Shown: positions 20,402 to 31,847 of the stretch, in pieces
Numbering within the stretch: the first letter of the stretch is position 1
Layout: every line of letters begins with the position of its first letter
Position numbers and translations under genes: made by a program
Notes under the pieces: generated by a model
The model's input: only the letters and a program-made list of their open reading frames with translations
Databases searched by the model: none
What the model was told of the DNA's origin: nothing
NCBI GenBank assembly: GCA_977017575.1
Contig: CDRNVI010000041.1
Location: forward strand, 62,001 to 126,000
Reading direction: 5' to 3'
Length of the DNA stretch: 64,000 bases
From: Paramoeba atlantica
Lineage: Eukaryota; Protista; Discosea

Positions 20402-21064
20402 AGTAACATTCTAGTGGTGTATCAGTATGCCAAAGTGCAGAAACGGGATGAAAGCCTGCTTCAGATACTTTTCGTTAAACTGCGTTCGCTGAATAGTTCG
20501 TGTTTCTCTGCGTTTCTCGATGACTCTTGTGGAGACACCCTGCCTCAATGAAAAATGCACACCGTGTATCTTTCGGGCTGGGGAGCAGTGCATAATGTAT
20601 GGGAAAGGAAATACCCCCTGAGCTTTGTACTCTTTAGCTTGTCTACCTTGAACTCCCTTTTATTGAATGGAGCAGATCCTTGAATGCTCATTCAATCTCA
20701 ATGTAAACTCAATATTCTCACGAATACTCAATATTCTCCGCACGTACTGAGGAAGAAACATTCCTTTTGTGAAGCTGTATGACGCAAAAATTACGAGAAA
20801 GTATTCGATCAGAGGCGTTTCACAACCTTTTTTCCTTTCAGATTCACGTCATTATCTCCTTCGTAAGCCAACTTTAGTGGTTATTGAAGGGAAGTGAAGG
20901 GATAGCATATTAAAGCCGGATAGCACTAGCTTCTTTGTTCTTTTTTAAGTTTGTATTGTGACACTCGCTTCATTATACCTCTTACTGCATTATACGTCGT
21001 ACAGCATGGTATTTCATGCACCAACTCTAACCACTAAAATTTTTGGAAGTACTTTTACTGCCTC

Positions 21065-21604
21065 ATGGTGGGAAAGGAACGGAAAAAACTGCAAACGGCA
21101 TTTGATTGTCCCATGTGCGACGGGAGTCAAACCATTGCAGTGCGCCTGCGTCGAACCCAGGGAACTGCCGCGTTGAAGTGTACGCAATGCCCGCGTGCCA
21201 AGTACGACACTCATATTACTCCCTGTATGAGAGAAATCGACGTTTTCGCTGAGTGGTACCAAAAGTTAATTGTTCCCGGGTTCAATGCTGTACCAAGCGG
21301 CGAACTTGGACGTACAAGTAATACCTTTGGAATGTTTCTTCCCGAGGATAGTGCACCTGTAGAGTCCTTCTCGAATGACAGAGACCCGCTATTGCGACAA
21401 GGCGTGGAATCTAAACCAGCCTTTGTTGCAAATCCCCAGGTCGGTATCTTTGGCGAAATCACAACGACGACACTAAACCCTGCTTGGGATGATATAGCGA
21501 AGAATAATTCAGGAACGTATCGCAGCATGGACCATGATTCCGACTTCCAGGTACCCGACCCAGGTGACCTTGTGGACAATTATTCAGAGGATGTAGATTT
21601 CTAA
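21065..21604 (+). CDS. ELF1: transcription elongation factor Elf1 with acidic C-terminal extension
   Basis: KKLQTAFDCPMC..ALKCTQC..EIDVFAEW zinc ribbon. Confidence 0.88.
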   Translation: MVGKERKKLQTAFDCPMCDGSQTIAVRLRRTQGTAALKCTQCPRAKYDTHITPCMREIDVFAEWYQKLIVPGFNAVPSGELGRTSNTFGMFLPEDSAPVESFSNDRDPLLRQGVESKPAFVANPQVGIFGEITTTTLNPAWDDIAKNNSGTYRSMDHDSDFQVPDPGDLVDNYSEDVDF

Positions 21605-21778
21605 AATCATCACCATTTCACGCGTTACAGTAGATACAAAACCAATATGTGGGACACACTTAAATAAATGATAAATTTCTGGTTCCCTACCCAGTTTTAC
21701 AGAAACAAAATTGTACGTTAACCTGACAATCAACCTAGTTCCCACTATATTTCATCATAACGACTCTCCCCTCCCACA

Positions 21779-23050
21779 ATGCTACGTTTATCACGTAAAT
21801 TCACCCGGGCACTGCAATTTTTTGACGACGCCGCACGTACCCCTGGAACACTCCCTCGGCAAGCGGATCTTCCTCTTTCACGACGAGCCCGGGAGCAACT
21901 CGCCATGACACGGGTCCAGGAGGTGGATCGCGGCACCACACCCCATCACTACCGCGTACAAGATCCCTGGGTGGGGTCCCGACTAGACGCCTTCCTGAGT
22001 CATCACCACCCGGAGTGGAACCCCGAGGTGGTTTACAAGCTCGTGCGCGCGGGACACATCTTTCGTATGAAGTCTCACACGGGAAACACTGTACGAAGCT
22101 CTAGTGTAGGAGATCGCCTGGAGCGTAATGATGTCGTAGTGCTGCCTCCTCATCTTCCCATGGGCTACGAACGCTTTCTTACCCCCTCCATACCGGAGGT
22201 AACTGAAACGGCAAGAGAGAAGTTCTCCTCCCGCGTACGGAACCTGGCCCAGTCCTGGGTGTTGTTTAAGAATGCCCACGTGATTGTAATTAACAAACCC
22301 CCCGGGGTGCCGGTGCATCAGAGTCCAGACTCTACCGCAGTGAACATTCAGGATATGCTTCCATTGTGGCGCTACACAAACCCTCACCGACCCTCGCTGG
22401 TTCATTTGCTCGACAAAGAGACGAGCGGATGTTTAATACTGGCACGTACTCCCTCCGCGCACCGTATGTTACACCCCATGTTTGTCCGACGCTGTGTGCC
22501 CACAAATGTATATTGGGCATTGCTAAGCTCAGCCCCGAAGGCTCGTGTAGGTCGCATCCGTATGCATATGGAGTTCACCCGTCCACTCCAGCACGACGAT
22601 AAAGGAAACCCAACCTCGAAGACAACGCGGCGGGAGGGAGAACGTATTATAGTGCGGCCCATTCCCTCGGAGCACAGCAAAGCAGCCATTGCGGAGTACA
22701 CGGTGAATGAGACGCTGAGTCAGTATGGGGCATGGGTTTCCTTTTACCCACTCACAAATCACCGACATCAGATACGTATCATGGCGGCCCACGCGCTTCG
22801 CTCTCCGATTTTAGGTGATGCGAAATATGGGGGCAATGCAGCCTATCCTGGAGCTTTGCGAACGTTCTGGGATCCGGAAGATCGGGGCATTTCTCTTCAT
22901 TTACACCACAGACGGATTCAGCTCCCTTATAAGCATAAGGCAAGTGGGGAATGGATCTGTGTCGATGCCCCGCTTCCACCTCACATGGAAAGAACCTGGG
23001 ACACTCTTGGGTGGAACAAATCAGCACACGACCCCTTCATACAACCTTAG
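21779..23050 (+). CDS. RluA-family pseudouridine synthase, probably mitochondrial
   Basis: MLRLSRK presequence-like start, S4-like RLDAFL, INKPPG, VHLLDKETSG (catalytic Asp), HQIR, PILGDAKYG. Confidence 0.9.
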   Translation: MLRLSRKFTRALQFFDDAARTPGTLPRQADLPLSRRAREQLAMTRVQEVDRGTTPHHYRVQDPWVGSRLDAFLSHHHPEWNPEVVYKLVRAGHIFRMKSHTGNTVRSSSVGDRLERNDVVVLPPHLPMGYERFLTPSIPEVTETAREKFSSRVRNLAQSWVLFKNAHVIVINKPPGVPVHQSPDSTAVNIQDMLPLWRYTNPHRPSLVHLLDKETSGCLILARTPSAHRMLHPMFVRRCVPTNVYWALLSSAPKARVGRIRMHMEFTRPLQHDDKGNPTSKTTRREGERIIVRPIPSEHSKAAIAEYTVNETLSQYGAWVSFYPLTNHRHQIRIMAAHALRSPILGDAKYGGNAAYPGALRTFWDPEDRGISLHLHHRRIQLPYKHKASGEWICVDAPLPPHMERTWDTLGWNKSAHDPFIQP

Positions 23051-23243
23051 GCAATCCGTCTCCAATCTAATTCTGAGACTGGTGAAAGGACGCTGTACAT
23101 GACACTCATATGCAGCGTAAAATTCAAATTCAATTTTATTCACGGTTTCTTCACTGACCGATTCTTCCCTAGTACTGACTGTACCCGATTCGATGATTTT
23201 CTAATATTTTGAAGAAATTACGTACGTTATCACGTTTCCTATA

Positions 23244-24893
23244 ATGGACTTAGTCAGCGGAGTTCGAAAGAACCTGCAGGACATCTGTGGCGCAGTCGAA
23301 GGCATGAAAATTCTGTTTTTGGATCGCGACTCAAGCGGATTGGTCTCTTTAGTGCTTACACATACTGAATTACTGGAGTACGAAATCTATCTTATTGAAA
23401 GCTTTGGAGAGCCCAGAGAAGCTGCCTTCATGCCACAACTCAAAGCAATTGTTGTTCTTTATCCCTCTGATTATGCCATCGATGCCTTATGTGTGGAGCT
23501 ACAATCCGCAAGATTTGGAGAATACCATATTCATTTCCTCAGTCCACCCTCTGCTGAAATGCTTCAAAAACTCGCCGAGGCAGACACCGGTTTTTTAGTT
23601 CTGACTCTACAGGAGCACTGCTTAAGTATGTACCCTCTTCGCACCGACCTATTCGTTCTACGCGCTGATCCGAGAGCTACTTCCACGACACGAGCAAAAG
23701 ATGGGTTACTTTCCGCCCTTCTCAACTGCAAGGTTCGTCCGGATGTAATTCGATACCAGTACAATTCTCCTGAAACGAAAGAGGTAGCCGAAAACTTGAA
23801 GTCTAGTTTACTGGGCTCTTCAGGGATATACAATTTTCCCTCTCATATCTCTGGCGAAATCCTTATTATTGACCGACTCGCCGATCCCTATGCTCCGTTG
23901 TTGCTTCCTGTGAATTATGAAGCACTGATTTACGAATTTGTCACTAAAACACCATATTTAGATCTTCCCGCTTCTTTGCACCATGAACTTTCGCCCGATG
24001 GAGGACGAAAGAACGAAGTAGATATTCTTCGAGACAATTTTTTTAGTGTACATGCCAATGATAGCTTTGTGGAAACATGTAAGCAAATAAAAGAACAAGT
24101 GATTGATTTGAAAGAGGGGAAATTAAACTCCAATTCATTGATCGACGCGAAAGCTCAGTTAAAGGCTCCCGATACCAATAGAAGTAGCAAGGTATTCTCC
24201 AAACATCTCGATCTCATTAGCAATTTATCAAAAGAACTTGAACACACAAGCAACACCCGTAAAGTCCAGCATGAGATACTGAATAACTTTAAATCTGAGG
24301 AGATTCTCCAAAAGATTGAAGAATTGTGCGCCTCATGTTCAATTACTCATCGCGACGAGCTTGCGTACATTATTGTATTGTACAGTCTGAGGTTGGACTG
24401 GCAAGGACCCAAGCTTCATGATTCTCATCGAATAGCGTACCACAACAGACTAAGGGAAGCATTGAAGACATTAAATGGTCCGACCGATACACTCCAACGT
24501 ATCCGCAGCTCGGGCATCGTTGGACGCAGAGCTCCAAAATCGCTATTGTTTCCTTCTCATACGCTTTCTAAAACTATTCAGAGTGCAATTTCGGGACTAA
24601 GTCGGAAGAATGGTACTCAATATGTACCGCTTGTAGAGAGGTTATTCGCGATGCTACAAGCCGGAACACTATCCTTAGAAACGTTTCCAATGACCGAAAA
24701 GAGGAGCACTCCGAAATGCTCTACGTTCCTTATTTTTGTAATGGGTGGTCTTTCCTATAGAGAAGCTCATAGCGTACATGAGCTAAATAAGCGTTCTGCT
24801 GCCACAGTACTTGGAGATGAAAAGGATGGAAATTGTTTTTTACTCGGCTCGAATTGTATGTTGAGGCGCCGAGACTTTCTGAACACTCTCTAA
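23244..24893 (+). CDS. VPS45: Sec1/Munc18-family protein, VPS45-like
   Basis: GMKILFLD, ARFGEYHIHF, LQKLAEAD, ILIIDRLADPYAPLL, FVMGGLSYREA. Confidence 0.82.
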   Translation: MDLVSGVRKNLQDICGAVEGMKILFLDRDSSGLVSLVLTHTELLEYEIYLIESFGEPREAAFMPQLKAIVVLYPSDYAIDALCVELQSARFGEYHIHFLSPPSAEMLQKLAEADTGFLVLTLQEHCLSMYPLRTDLFVLRADPRATSTTRAKDGLLSALLNCKVRPDVIRYQYNSPETKEVAENLKSSLLGSSGIYNFPSHISGEILIIDRLADPYAPLLLPVNYEALIYEFVTKTPYLDLPASLHHELSPDGGRKNEVDILRDNFFSVHANDSFVETCKQIKEQVIDLKEGKLNSNSLIDAKAQLKAPDTNRSSKVFSKHLDLISNLSKELEHTSNTRKVQHEILNNFKSEEILQKIEELCASCSITHRDELAYIIVLYSLRLDWQGPKLHDSHRIAYHNRLREALKTLNGPTDTLQRIRSSGIVGRRAPKSLLFPSHTLSKTIQSAISGLSRKNGTQYVPLVERLFAMLQAGTLSLETFPMTEKRSTPKCSTFLIFVMGGLSYREAHSVHELNKRSAATVLGDEKDGNCFLLGSNCMLRRRDFLNTL

Positions 24894-25307
24894 AGTCATT
24901 ACCTTTAGGGAGAAGATTGCTGATGAGACCCGAATATATTTTCTTCAAATTTTACTACTGCATTTTTATTACTCCATTGAATGGAGTCTATTCTCTAACG
25001 GTTCTATACACTGTATACGCGACGGGTATTGAATCAGAACCAGAATCATAACCAAACTTTGGTTCCCAAACATTGTAACTAGAACATTGCAACCATCACA
25101 CTGGTCTTTGTCTAATTTCATTATATTTCATTATATTCACGCGGCGACGTAGGCATTGAACAAGAATTTCATTTTGACTTTCCATGGATGCGCCAATAGT
25201 AGGTTCATGTGACGAGACGAGTCAATACGAATACAAGGTACCAGAATTGACCGGGAGTAGAGCGTTACAAGCACAGTAAATATAGAATCGCTTTAATAAG
25301 TGAAATC

Positions 25308-26837
25308 ATGCGGTTCTGTGGTAAAATTCATTGTCGATTTCGATGGAAAGAGAACGTCAAGCCACGCGATCCTTTTCGTCACATCACCGAAGAAGGCTAC
25401 GGAACACATCTCAGTGCTGGCAGCAATAGGGGTCCGATGTTTTTTAAACCACAAGTCCCAGAACCCCTACGTGAAATAGAGCTCAGTCAGGTAGAACTCA
25501 CCGATGGTCAGTGGGTCTCGGAAAATGACGTCCGTGAGCAAGCGCTGTGTGCTACGCTTGACCCCAACCGAATGGGGCTACCCGAACCCTTGGTGCAGAA
25601 ACTCGCCTCACGAGGGGTACGCACTCTAACTCCTATTCAGGCTCGCATCCTACAAAGTGCCTATGCCAGAGAGAATTTTGCGCTATGTGCTGCCACAGGA
25701 ACTGGAAAGACATTGGCGCTGTGCGTCGCTTTGGTGGCACGATTCATGCGAGAGGGACCACCGACGACAGGGAGTACGCTCGTGTTAGTACCTACCTGTT
25801 TGCTTGCGGAACAAGTCAAGGAGTGGATTACGGCCCTATGGTGGTATCCCCTTTCCGAGGACCCGCAGCTGGTTCGGATCTTTCGGCACAGTTCCGATGT
25901 GACGCGCTACGTAGAAGACCTTGCAGGACCGAACCGACGTGAAGCCTACGCAAGGGACCCTTTGCCCTACATTACGATCACTACCCCACAAGTCATGTGG
26001 AGTGGACTGGAGATGTTCACGAGTATGAACACGGGCACTATCACACACAGTCTCTGGCCTTGGTACGACACCCTTGTGATGGATGAGGCCGATGAGATCT
26101 TTCCACTTCGAGGGACAGTCCCCGATTCCACTTCCCCAGGTAGCCGACTGTTTCAATGGCTTTATATCCCCGAGCCCGCTGAGCCTGCACCCCATTTAAT
26201 GCTAACCTCTGCAACTCTCACACCATGTGTAATCAGCCACATGCGTCGTTGTACGAAGAAAAACATTTTTAATACTTTCGGAGAGCAATCCGTTCCATTG
26301 GAGTACTCAGGAACGAGCCACGCTGGCACGCCACGCTCCAACCTTCGCTGTCATTCTCCACCACAAGATATCGAGTTCACATTTAGAATGCTGTCCCCCC
26401 AAAGTTCAATGCAAGAAAGCTTGGCAACAGTAAAGGCTTATGTACAAAAGGAGCGCGTGAGCGGGTCTGTCCTCGTTTTGGTTCCTACAAACAGCATTGT
26501 CACGGACCTCATGAATCAAGAGCTGTCCTGGTCAGACCTTCCATCGGCTCGCTTAAGCGATATTCGGAAGCAAAGCGATGCGATTACGACATCAAGGAAG
26601 GGCAATGTATACGTAAGCACCCCGTCACAAATTCGGGGAATTGACATCCCATTTCTCGCTGCCATGCACGTCATTTGTATTCCAAGTAGCGTTCGTGAGT
26701 TCGTGCACTGGAGTGGTCGTGTGGGGCGACTTGGTCGAAAAGGGTCTTGTTCTTTTTACGTGCGACCGGAGAATTGCAGGATTATGCAGGATTTTGCGTC
26801 CTTATGCAACCTTGAAGTTAGCTGGGTACCATCGTAA
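25308..26837 (+). CDS. DEAD-box RNA helicase, probably mitochondrial
   Basis: LTPIQ (Q motif), AATGTGKT (I), PTCLLAEQ (Ia), DEAD (II), SAT (III), RGIDIP (V), HWSGRVGR (VI). Confidence 0.88.
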   Translation: MRFCGKIHCRFRWKENVKPRDPFRHITEEGYGTHLSAGSNRGPMFFKPQVPEPLREIELSQVELTDGQWVSENDVREQALCATLDPNRMGLPEPLVQKLASRGVRTLTPIQARILQSAYARENFALCAATGTGKTLALCVALVARFMREGPPTTGSTLVLVPTCLLAEQVKEWITALWWYPLSEDPQLVRIFRHSSDVTRYVEDLAGPNRREAYARDPLPYITITTPQVMWSGLEMFTSMNTGTITHSLWPWYDTLVMDEADEIFPLRGTVPDSTSPGSRLFQWLYIPEPAEPAPHLMLTSATLTPCVISHMRRCTKKNIFNTFGEQSVPLEYSGTSHAGTPRSNLRCHSPPQDIEFTFRMLSPQSSMQESLATVKAYVQKERVSGSVLVLVPTNSIVTDLMNQELSWSDLPSARLSDIRKQSDAITTSRKGNVYVSTPSQIRGIDIPFLAAMHVICIPSSVREFVHWSGRVGRLGRKGSCSFYVRPENCRIMQDFASLCNLEVSWVPS

Positions 26838-27594
26838 AGACGTAACCGTGTGAGTACTCCGTGTGTACTCGGAACCGTGTGTATGGTGTGTCCCTGTGCC
26901 AGCGCAGTAAAAAATGTACACTACAGTACGGTATAGTACAGTAGTAAGTAAAATGTACTGTACAGTAGTAAAAATGTATATACAGTACGAATTAGGGTAA
27001 GAAAAACGAATAAACGGGATTGTGGCGATTATTCGAGTTTTGAACTCTTACTTGCACTATTTTTACTTCACTTTCTTTACTTCGTCTTTGAAGTTATGGC
27101 TTCCATAATTGGCCAATAGAGACTTTTCTTCGCAATATTATAATCGCTTTCATAGCGTATCTACATGGGTAATCGGCACCTTCTCCCTCCACCAATATCC
27201 TCTTTAAGACTATTCTGTCTTTGCGTTTTCGTGGGTATTGAATGTCTCCCAGTAGCCATTTGGTGGGCGGGCTTTTTAATGTACCCTCCGACTCGTGAAT
27301 ACGGAAAGAAAATAGCAAGTTCACACGTTGAAATTACAGTACCTGAGGTTAAAGTAGAGTGCACTTCTCCAGAAGTTGCTCAGGTTGGCTGATCATGTAC
27401 ATTTCACGGGTTGCTTCGATCACATTTTCAATTACTCCTATTGGGTGATGCATTCTCTTTACCTGGTTCTTTTTTAACACAGTTATGATACGGTATGTTA
27501 TTTTTAATTTCACGAAAGATTGCTTTCGTTCTTCGAAATGTGCTACAAAGGTCACTTTTAGTGGAATTCTATAGTTTTACGCCGCCTTCCTAAA

Positions 27595-30500
27595 ATGGTG
27601 CACTCGTTATCGCGCATGTGTATTGGAGGCGTGACGCGAGGTTTTGAGCTTCAGGCAAAGCGCAACATTCCGGAGCTCAATCTTGTGGGGTATACTTTTC
27701 TTCACGAGAAAACGAAAGCCACATACTATCATTTGGCAGCAGACGACTCTCACAACTCATTTTGTCTTGGATTCTGTACTCCCAATCCCAACCACAAAGG
27801 AGTTCCTCACATTCTGGAACACACGACATTGTGTGGAAGCGATAAGTTTCCTGTACGTGACCCCTTCTTCCATATGACTAGACGTTCTCTTGCCACCTTT
27901 ATGAATGCCATGACGGGCACTGATTACACCATGTACCCCTTTAGTACTGTAAATGCTGCTGATTTTCGCAATTTGCTTCGCGTCTATTTGGATGCGGTTT
28001 TTAATCCTTTACTACGCGAGATGGATTTTCTTCAAGAGGGGCATCGAATAGAGAAAAACGAGGACGATAAGCTATGTATCAAAGGTGTCGTATATAACGA
28101 AATGAAAGGATCGCGGGCTGATCCTTCGAATTATTTCTTTTCCCAGTTGATGCAGTACGCCTTGGTTGGAACGTCCTATGCCAATATTTTGGGTGGATGT
28201 CCTAAGTATATTCCTGACCTGTTACATTCCGAATTAGTTCAGTTTCATCAGCAGCACTATCACCCTTCAAATGTAACCTGTGTATCGTACGGCAATCTAT
28301 GTCCTGTAGAGAACATGGACCTTCTAGACGATGTTTTCAGTAAATTCTCACCGTCTACTCGTGTAGCAGTTCCATTTCTTGAAGAGAAGCTTGTGAACAC
28401 GAACCCTTCAAAACCTATGGTAGTAGAATATGGGCCTCCAGATGCCACCGACGATCCTACAAAGTGTACTCGTATTCTCCTGAGTTGGGCAGTACCAACA
28501 CATTACTATCAAGGTTCTCATGAAGAGATTTTACGAAACATTGTTGAATTGGATGTGTTAAGTACGTTGTTGACAGATGGACCCGCTAGTCCAATGTATA
28601 AGGCACTTATTGATTCCCATTTAGGGTCAGATTACGCGCCCGGGTGCGGCATTACTACAGAATTTAGAAATGCGTTGTTCTCATTCGGAGTACAAGGCGT
28701 TGATTATAATCATATTACAGAGAAGGAAGTTTCGCAAGCTGTCCTAACCGCTCTTGAGAGCGCAGCAAAGGACGGTTTCTCAGAGTCCCGTGTAGAAGGA
28801 ATTTTGCATCAAGCTTCGTTAAGCCGACGACATAGGGGAAAGAAGTTTGGCTTACAATTATGCATGGGGACGACAACGCAGAATATTCATCAAATGGATG
28901 TGCTAGCACAGCTTGAAACTGGTCACATCTACAATGCGATCGGCCAAAGGCACAAGGAAGACACTAGGTGTTTCACCACGTTAATAAAGAATTTGTTCCT
29001 CTCTCGTCCTCCCCAAGTTACTCTTGTTGTACACGCCGATCCGAAACACAATGAAAAGTTAGCGGCTGTAGAGAAGATTCGAACAGACAACCTTGAGCAC
29101 TTGCGAAACAGTAATGTCATTCAGAGTGCACTTGAAAAAGCTGAAGGCCTTAAGAAGTTCCAAATGCAGGAACCGAACGTATCGGTTCTTCCCACTTTGC
29201 GCGTGTGCGATATTCCTGACAAGGTGGACGGAGAGCCGCTAGGCAAACTCCACAATGTTGGGAAGAATACTATCGAAGTGATTATAACACCCTGCAATCA
29301 ATTGATTTATACGAATGTGTTCATACCACTTAGCATTTCGGAATTTTCACCCGAAGAGCTGTCTTTACTTCCCGTGTATGCTGCTGTCTTAACGGATGTT
29401 GGTACCGAATCCATGGACTATGAAGCGCTTTCCGTGGCTACGCGTGCACAATGTAGTGGTTTCTCATGTGAGGTCCACCTAGATGTAGACCCTGATCTGA
29501 CAAAAATGCTCTTCGGCATCTACCTGAATTTTTATGCCCTCCCAGAAAAATACGACACCGCACTCAAACTATTAGAAGACATACTAGGCGGGGCAAAGTT
29601 TGACCACTCGGACGACAAAGTGCGTACACAGTTGTATAGCCTGCTATGTGCCAATGCTTCAGGTGCCATGCAGTCGATCCCACGACAAGGTCACGTATAT
29701 GCTATGACATCGGCCGCCAGTTTACTGTCTCAACCAGCTGCCGTTGCAAATAAAATCGAAGGACTTGCGCAAGTAGAGTTCCAACGCACTATTCGAGAAA
29801 AATTAGTTGAATTTCCCGATGGCGAAAAAAGGTCAGAATACCTCACAGGTCTTATTCAGAAATTAAGAATATTGCACGAGAAGGTATGTTTGCATTCAAT
29901 GCAACTATGGGGCATTTGCGAGGCGGAACAAGAAGCTGCATGCCTTTCCAAGCTACAAAAGTTTTGCCATCAACTTAGCGCTACCTCCACACACACGAAA
30001 AACCAAACACTCGTTGGTAGCAATACGCTAGAAAATTACGGTCTTCTACAGCAGCGATCTCATGCTCACTATATTGATCTCCCCGGGGAGGTGGGCTACG
30101 CCGCTATGGCCATTCCCACCTCTTTGTCTCTCCTAAATCCAGAATCCGCACCGCTCCAGGTAGGGCTCCGCATTCTAAGCAATGAGTTTCTCCATAACAA
30201 GGTTCGAGAACAGGGAGGAGCTTATGGCAGCGGTGCAACGCTGTCTCCCTCCGGCCTGTGCTGTGGGATCACTGGGATGTACAGTTATCGCGATCCCACT
30301 CCGATGTCATCTCTTACAGTTATGCAACAGGCCGCACACTTCCTTTCGGCGCCAGATAACGTTGGTGAACGCCAAGTGCAAGAGGCACTGCTTGGGCTCT
30401 TTGGCAGTATTGATGCCCCGAGGACACCGCAAATGTACGGCCGTCAGCGATATCTTCGCGGTCTTGACGACGAGAAGAGAGAAGCCATGCGCCGCCGATT

Positions 30501-30633
30501 ACTGCAAGTGACCGTCCAAGATGTGGTACAGCGCGTCCCGAAAATATTGCGCGCAGCCGAAACTGCACGTGTGGTGTTGGGTGACCCCCAGCAGAAGCCG
30601 CAGTCCGAGGAGTGGGATTGCTCAAAGTGGTAA
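27595..30633 (+). CDS. PITRM1: mitochondrial presequence protease (M16C; PITRM1/Cym1)
   Basis: GVPHILEHTTLCGS (HxxEH), RDPFF, FMNAMT, KGVVYNEMKG, VREQGGAYG, YSYRDP. Confidence 0.96.
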   Translation: MVHSLSRMCIGGVTRGFELQAKRNIPELNLVGYTFLHEKTKATYYHLAADDSHNSFCLGFCTPNPNHKGVPHILEHTTLCGSDKFPVRDPFFHMTRRSLATFMNAMTGTDYTMYPFSTVNAADFRNLLRVYLDAVFNPLLREMDFLQEGHRIEKNEDDKLCIKGVVYNEMKGSRADPSNYFFSQLMQYALVGTSYANILGGCPKYIPDLLHSELVQFHQQHYHPSNVTCVSYGNLCPVENMDLLDDVFSKFSPSTRVAVPFLEEKLVNTNPSKPMVVEYGPPDATDDPTKCTRILLSWAVPTHYYQGSHEEILRNIVELDVLSTLLTDGPASPMYKALIDSHLGSDYAPGCGITTEFRNALFSFGVQGVDYNHITEKEVSQAVLTALESAAKDGFSESRVEGILHQASLSRRHRGKKFGLQLCMGTTTQNIHQMDVLAQLETGHIYNAIGQRHKEDTRCFTTLIKNLFLSRPPQVTLVVHADPKHNEKLAAVEKIRTDNLEHLRNSNVIQSALEKAEGLKKFQMQEPNVSVLPTLRVCDIPDKVDGEPLGKLHNVGKNTIEVIITPCNQLIYTNVFIPLSISEFSPEELSLLPVYAAVLTDVGTESMDYEALSVATRAQCSGFSCEVHLDVDPDLTKMLFGIYLNFYALPEKYDTALKLLEDILGGAKFDHSDDKVRTQLYSLLCANASGAMQSIPRQGHVYAMTSAASLLSQPAAVANKIEGLAQVEFQRTIREKLVEFPDGEKRSEYLTGLIQKLRILHEKVCLHSMQLWGICEAEQEAACLSKLQKFCHQLSATSTHTKNQTLVGSNTLENYGLLQQRSHAHYIDLPGEVGYAAMAIPTSLSLLNPESAPLQVGLRILSNEFLHNKVREQGGAYGSGATLSPSGLCCGITGMYSYRDPTPMSSLTVMQQAAHFLSAPDNVGERQVQEALLGLFGSIDAPRTPQMYGRQRYLRGLDDEKREAMRRRLLQVTVQDVVQRVPKILRAAETARVVLGDPQQKPQSEEWDCSKW

Positions 30634-31010
30634 GAGAACTCTTCTTTACTGCAGGGAGGATAAGATATATCCCTTTATTATATCTGGGCTCATGCTTCCT
30701 GATTCAGCAAGCAATGTTGCATTTTGTTTTTTACTGTTTTTCGTACAGTATAGCATGCTTCCGAGAATTCTATTTGGTTGGGTTCTATTAGAAATTTGTT
30801 TTCGCATTTCACATTTTTAATGGATGCTTGAATAGTTTACCTACGTACTTATTTTTTTTTTGCTCTTCAGAATATACAGAACAATATTCAGAACAAATTT
30901 TTGAATGAGCGCTGTAACTCTAATTAGATGATGGGGTATGACAGCAAAAATTGGTGCTATAATGCTATAATTTTTTTCTATAATTTTTTTGCCCTAGAAG
31001 ACAAAGACAC

Positions 31011-31847
31011 ATGAACCTTCAGAGCGATTTTTCAGACAGCGTGAAAACAGTGTGTCAAATTTTGAATATTGATTATGCAACCACATTGGACTCTTTATTT
31101 TTCCATCTTAATTCAAAGGAACGTAGTTCCGGAGAAACACGTTTATCCCAGCCCGAGAACGATGTCACATTTCTAGCCCACATAGATGACTACTTGGATG
31201 CTACGCTCCTCCACCCCAAAGCCACAACGGAGGAGTACGCAAAGCTATGCAAGGACGCTATTAAGCACCGCATAAAAACCGTGTGCGTTCCAAGTTCTCG
31301 CGTTGCTGAGTGCCGCGCCCTTCTGTCCTCCACACCTGTTGTTATTGCCGCAGTGGTAGGATTTCCACACGGCACGGCTCACCTCGCTGCAAAACTTTGT
31401 GAAGCAAGACAGTGTGTGCTCGATGGCGCCCGTGAGATTGACTTTGTGCCGAATTTAGCCAACATCGCTGAGGGTAACCTTGGGGGGCTCTTTGATGAGG
31501 TGACACAAATCGTACAAGCGAGTTCCCCCGCCAATGTCAAGGTGATACTTGAAACAGCCTGGTGGGATACACCTCAGCTCGAGCGCTGTTGCGTGACCTG
31601 CGTACTTGCGGGATGTGAGTACGTTAAGACCTCCACAGGGTATAATACAGAGGGGGCCTCTCGTAGTGCAGTGCAAACTATGGCATCAATAGTCGGAACC
31701 TCCGCTAAGGTAAAAGCAAGTGGAGGAATTCGAGACCTTGAAAATGCGCTTTCTTACCTCCATCTTGGTGCAAGTCGGATTGGCACCAGTGCAGCTGTTT
31801 CCATTGCATCCGAGGCTCAGAGCCGGCTGTCTTCTTGTGAGAGATAA
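31011..31847 (+). CDS. deoC: deoxyribose-phosphate aldolase
   Basis: DATLL, VVGFPHG, GAREIDFV, VKVILET, YVKTSTG (catalytic Lys), VKASGGIR, GASRIGTS. Confidence 0.95.
   Translation: MNLQSDFSDSVKTVCQILNIDYATTLDSLFFHLNSKERSSGETRLSQPENDVTFLAHIDDYLDATLLHPKATTEEYAKLCKDAIKHRIKTVCVPSSRVAECRALLSSTPVVIAAVVGFPHGTAHLAAKLCEARQCVLDGAREIDFVPNLANIAEGNLGGLFDEVTQIVQASSPANVKVILETAWWDTPQLERCCVTCVLAGCEYVKTSTGYNTEGASRSAVQTMASIVGTSAKVKASGGIRDLENALSYLHLGASRIGTSAAVSIASEAQSRLSSCER

Noticed and set aside
26992-26998. TTAGGG telomere-like hexamer (another isolated copy near 4250)
   Set aside because: Single copies are expected by chance; no array
27165-27392. 75-aa + strand ORF with a hydrophobic stretch
   Set aside because: Could be a real small membrane protein, but there is no motif or other support
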